The notes below the pieces were generated by a model that saw nothing but the letters and a program-made list of their open reading frames with translations, was not told the DNA's origin and searched no databases. Made by a program: the position numbers and the translations under genes. A stretch of 63,661 nucleotides of DNA, filler included, from Hausera hauseri (lineage: Eukaryota), in the NCBI GenBank assembly GCA_046269625.1. It is 10 parts of 10 records of this genome, joined end to end, with 100 filler letters (N's around TTAATTAATTAA, not from the genome) between each part and the next. Parts side by side here need not be neighbours in the genome. Positions count along the whole stretch, not along the records: positions 59,607 to 63,661 come from JBJURY010790202.1; 9 more parts are not named here. One strand, written 5' to 3'. Shown here piece after piece: positions 62,380 to 63,661 of the stretch. Position 1 is the stretch's first letter, and each line of letters opens with the position of its first letter.

Positions 62380-62796
62380 ATGATAGCTAATATCAGTTAT
62401 CACGGACATGTTGCCATGTGGTGTGACATTAACATACTACCTTTTAATCCGTGAAAGCCGAGGCAGTATGTACTCAAGTGTCCACCGGATTTTACATGCA
62501 TTGTATTTCAGTCGGGCAAGTGTCGTATTATGAACTGTCGCAAACCAATCACAGCTGACGACAGTGACCTACTGCAATTCGGAATTGTCATTGACCAAAT
62601 CCAATGAATAACCGTAACGACTCAGTTAGACTACCGCCAAACAATCAATCCGTACAAATAAGCAATGGCCACTACTGAATGTACGTATGAACCCGAACTG
62701 TTTCCTGCACTAAGACTTATATCGTTTTGCCCACTTTGTGTCAATGTGTTTAGCAGTGGAAAAATTGTTGTACTCGGTATTCGAACGGATTACTAA
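62380..62796 (+). pseudogene. TATA-binding-protein-like gene of the Maverick, copy B (both TBP repeats)
   Basis: Single frame with 3 internal stops: ...CIVFQSGKCRIM...TYEPELFPALRLISFCPLCVNVFSSGKIVVLG, vs TBP [33 protein letters not shown]. Confidence 0.85.
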
Positions 62797-62902
62797 TCAA
62801 ATTAAAAACCACATAAATGTTTTAGTGAATCAAAATAATGTACATTGTACAACAACAACAAACTATAAATACCATTCCCATGCTCATTCAGACATTATTT
62901 CC

Positions 62903-63585
62903 ATGGAAGACGACGATGACAAAACTATTCTACTCAATGATGGTGGTTGTGAGAATGACGAAAGTTTATATTGGTCGTAGTTGTTTGGCTACAAAACGGA
63001 TAATTTTAATGTCAAACTGCTGGAACCTGTCCAACAATTAGAAAATCAGATCGATTGTCTGGAAACGAAACAGGAACTTGCTCAAAAATCAGCAGCAACA
63101 GCAGAAGCAAAACTGACGTTAAAAAGGCGAAACCAATGATTTCAATACTTAAAGGAAAATGAAAACCGTCGGCGCGCCAAACACAGATATTCTTACCGAA
63201 ACGAATTTTTCGCAAGTATGAAATGTATTTTCTGTAAACACCCGTACTGACTTTATTGAATGATCCCGTGTCTCTATGCGCATCCAAGTACAACTATCGT
63301 GTAAAACGGCTGTCGGGTGAAAATTTGGATAAACTTTCTGATGCTCTGCATCAATTAAACGTGGATTTAAAGTTAAACGAAACGACCGTGCAACAGCAAT
63401 TTGTCAATTTACCAGCCCAGAAAACGAAACTGTTTGATTTTATCGGTCGCGAAATGTCTCATGTACCTGATGGCGATGATGATTTAAAGTGTCAACTGAA
63501 TATTGAGTTACAAGGGTACAAGGAAAAGGCTGGTATCAAAAGCCCCATACTGCGTGTAGCTGAAGTACATTTTAATTATCAATAA
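62903..63585 (+). pseudogene. Unknown Maverick ORF(s); C-terminus possibly OB-fold ssDNA-binding-like
   Basis: TATAAATA at 62864-62871, acidic N-terminus MEDDDDK, C-terminal beta-rich TKLFD...CQLNIELQGY...SPILRVAEVHF. Confidence 0.35.
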
Positions 63586-63661
63586 ATTTTGTTGTTTTAC
63601 CGTTCTTCTTTTTTTTCTTCTTTCATTAACCCAATTAACTAGTATAAATATACATTTAATT

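Larger units (their letters stand above)
54109..63661 (-). mobile_element. Maverick/Polinton-like endogenous virus, copy B (most complete; interrupted at 58757-59606)
   Basis: Protease, MCP, pVI-like, two pentons, integrase, X, basic protein and ATPase on minus; TBP-like and unknown ORF on plus. Confidence 0.9.

Noticed and set aside
62380-62796. Host TBP gene or processed pseudogene
   Set aside because: It is far too diverged and shortened for a cellular TBP and sits at the same position in two independent Maverick copies.

Overview
This is eukaryotic, repeat-rich DNA made of 10 contigs joined by artificial 100-bp spacers (44 N + TTAATTAATTAA + 44 N). It appears to mix teleost-like DNA (ASDURF exons 1-2, a CR1/L2-group LINE) with divergent invertebrate DNA (SRP54 C-terminus, a whirlin-like PDZ domain, very short introns). 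From left to right: a decayed Ty3/Gypsy gag-pol (1-3.5 kb); a 19-kb degenerate (GTT/CTT)n tract; a Gypsy integrase followed by a spliced accessory ORF; RTE and CR1/L2-type LINE fragments; the 3' end of an LTR element whose last ORF joins a transmembrane tail to an apparently dead REX4/ISG20-like DEDDh exonuclease; and a chuvirus-G/gB-like env remnant. From 40 to 63.7 kb lie three decayed copies of one Maverick/Polinton-like endogenous virus. Its gene order is ATPase, basic protein, amphipathic protein X, rve integrase-chromodomain, two penton-like paralogs, pVI-like protein, major capsid, adenain protease. The most notable result is a divergently oriented, miniaturised TATA-binding-protein (TBP)-like gene in this virus, missed by the ORF track because of stop codons. 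A recurring (T/A)ATAAACA motif lies upstream of nearly every viral gene, and conserved micro-introns sit at the 5' ends of the enzyme genes. Together these suggest an element-encoded transcription program. No protein-primed polymerase B gene is visible in the window. All family assignments come from motif recognition by eye, not database searches.
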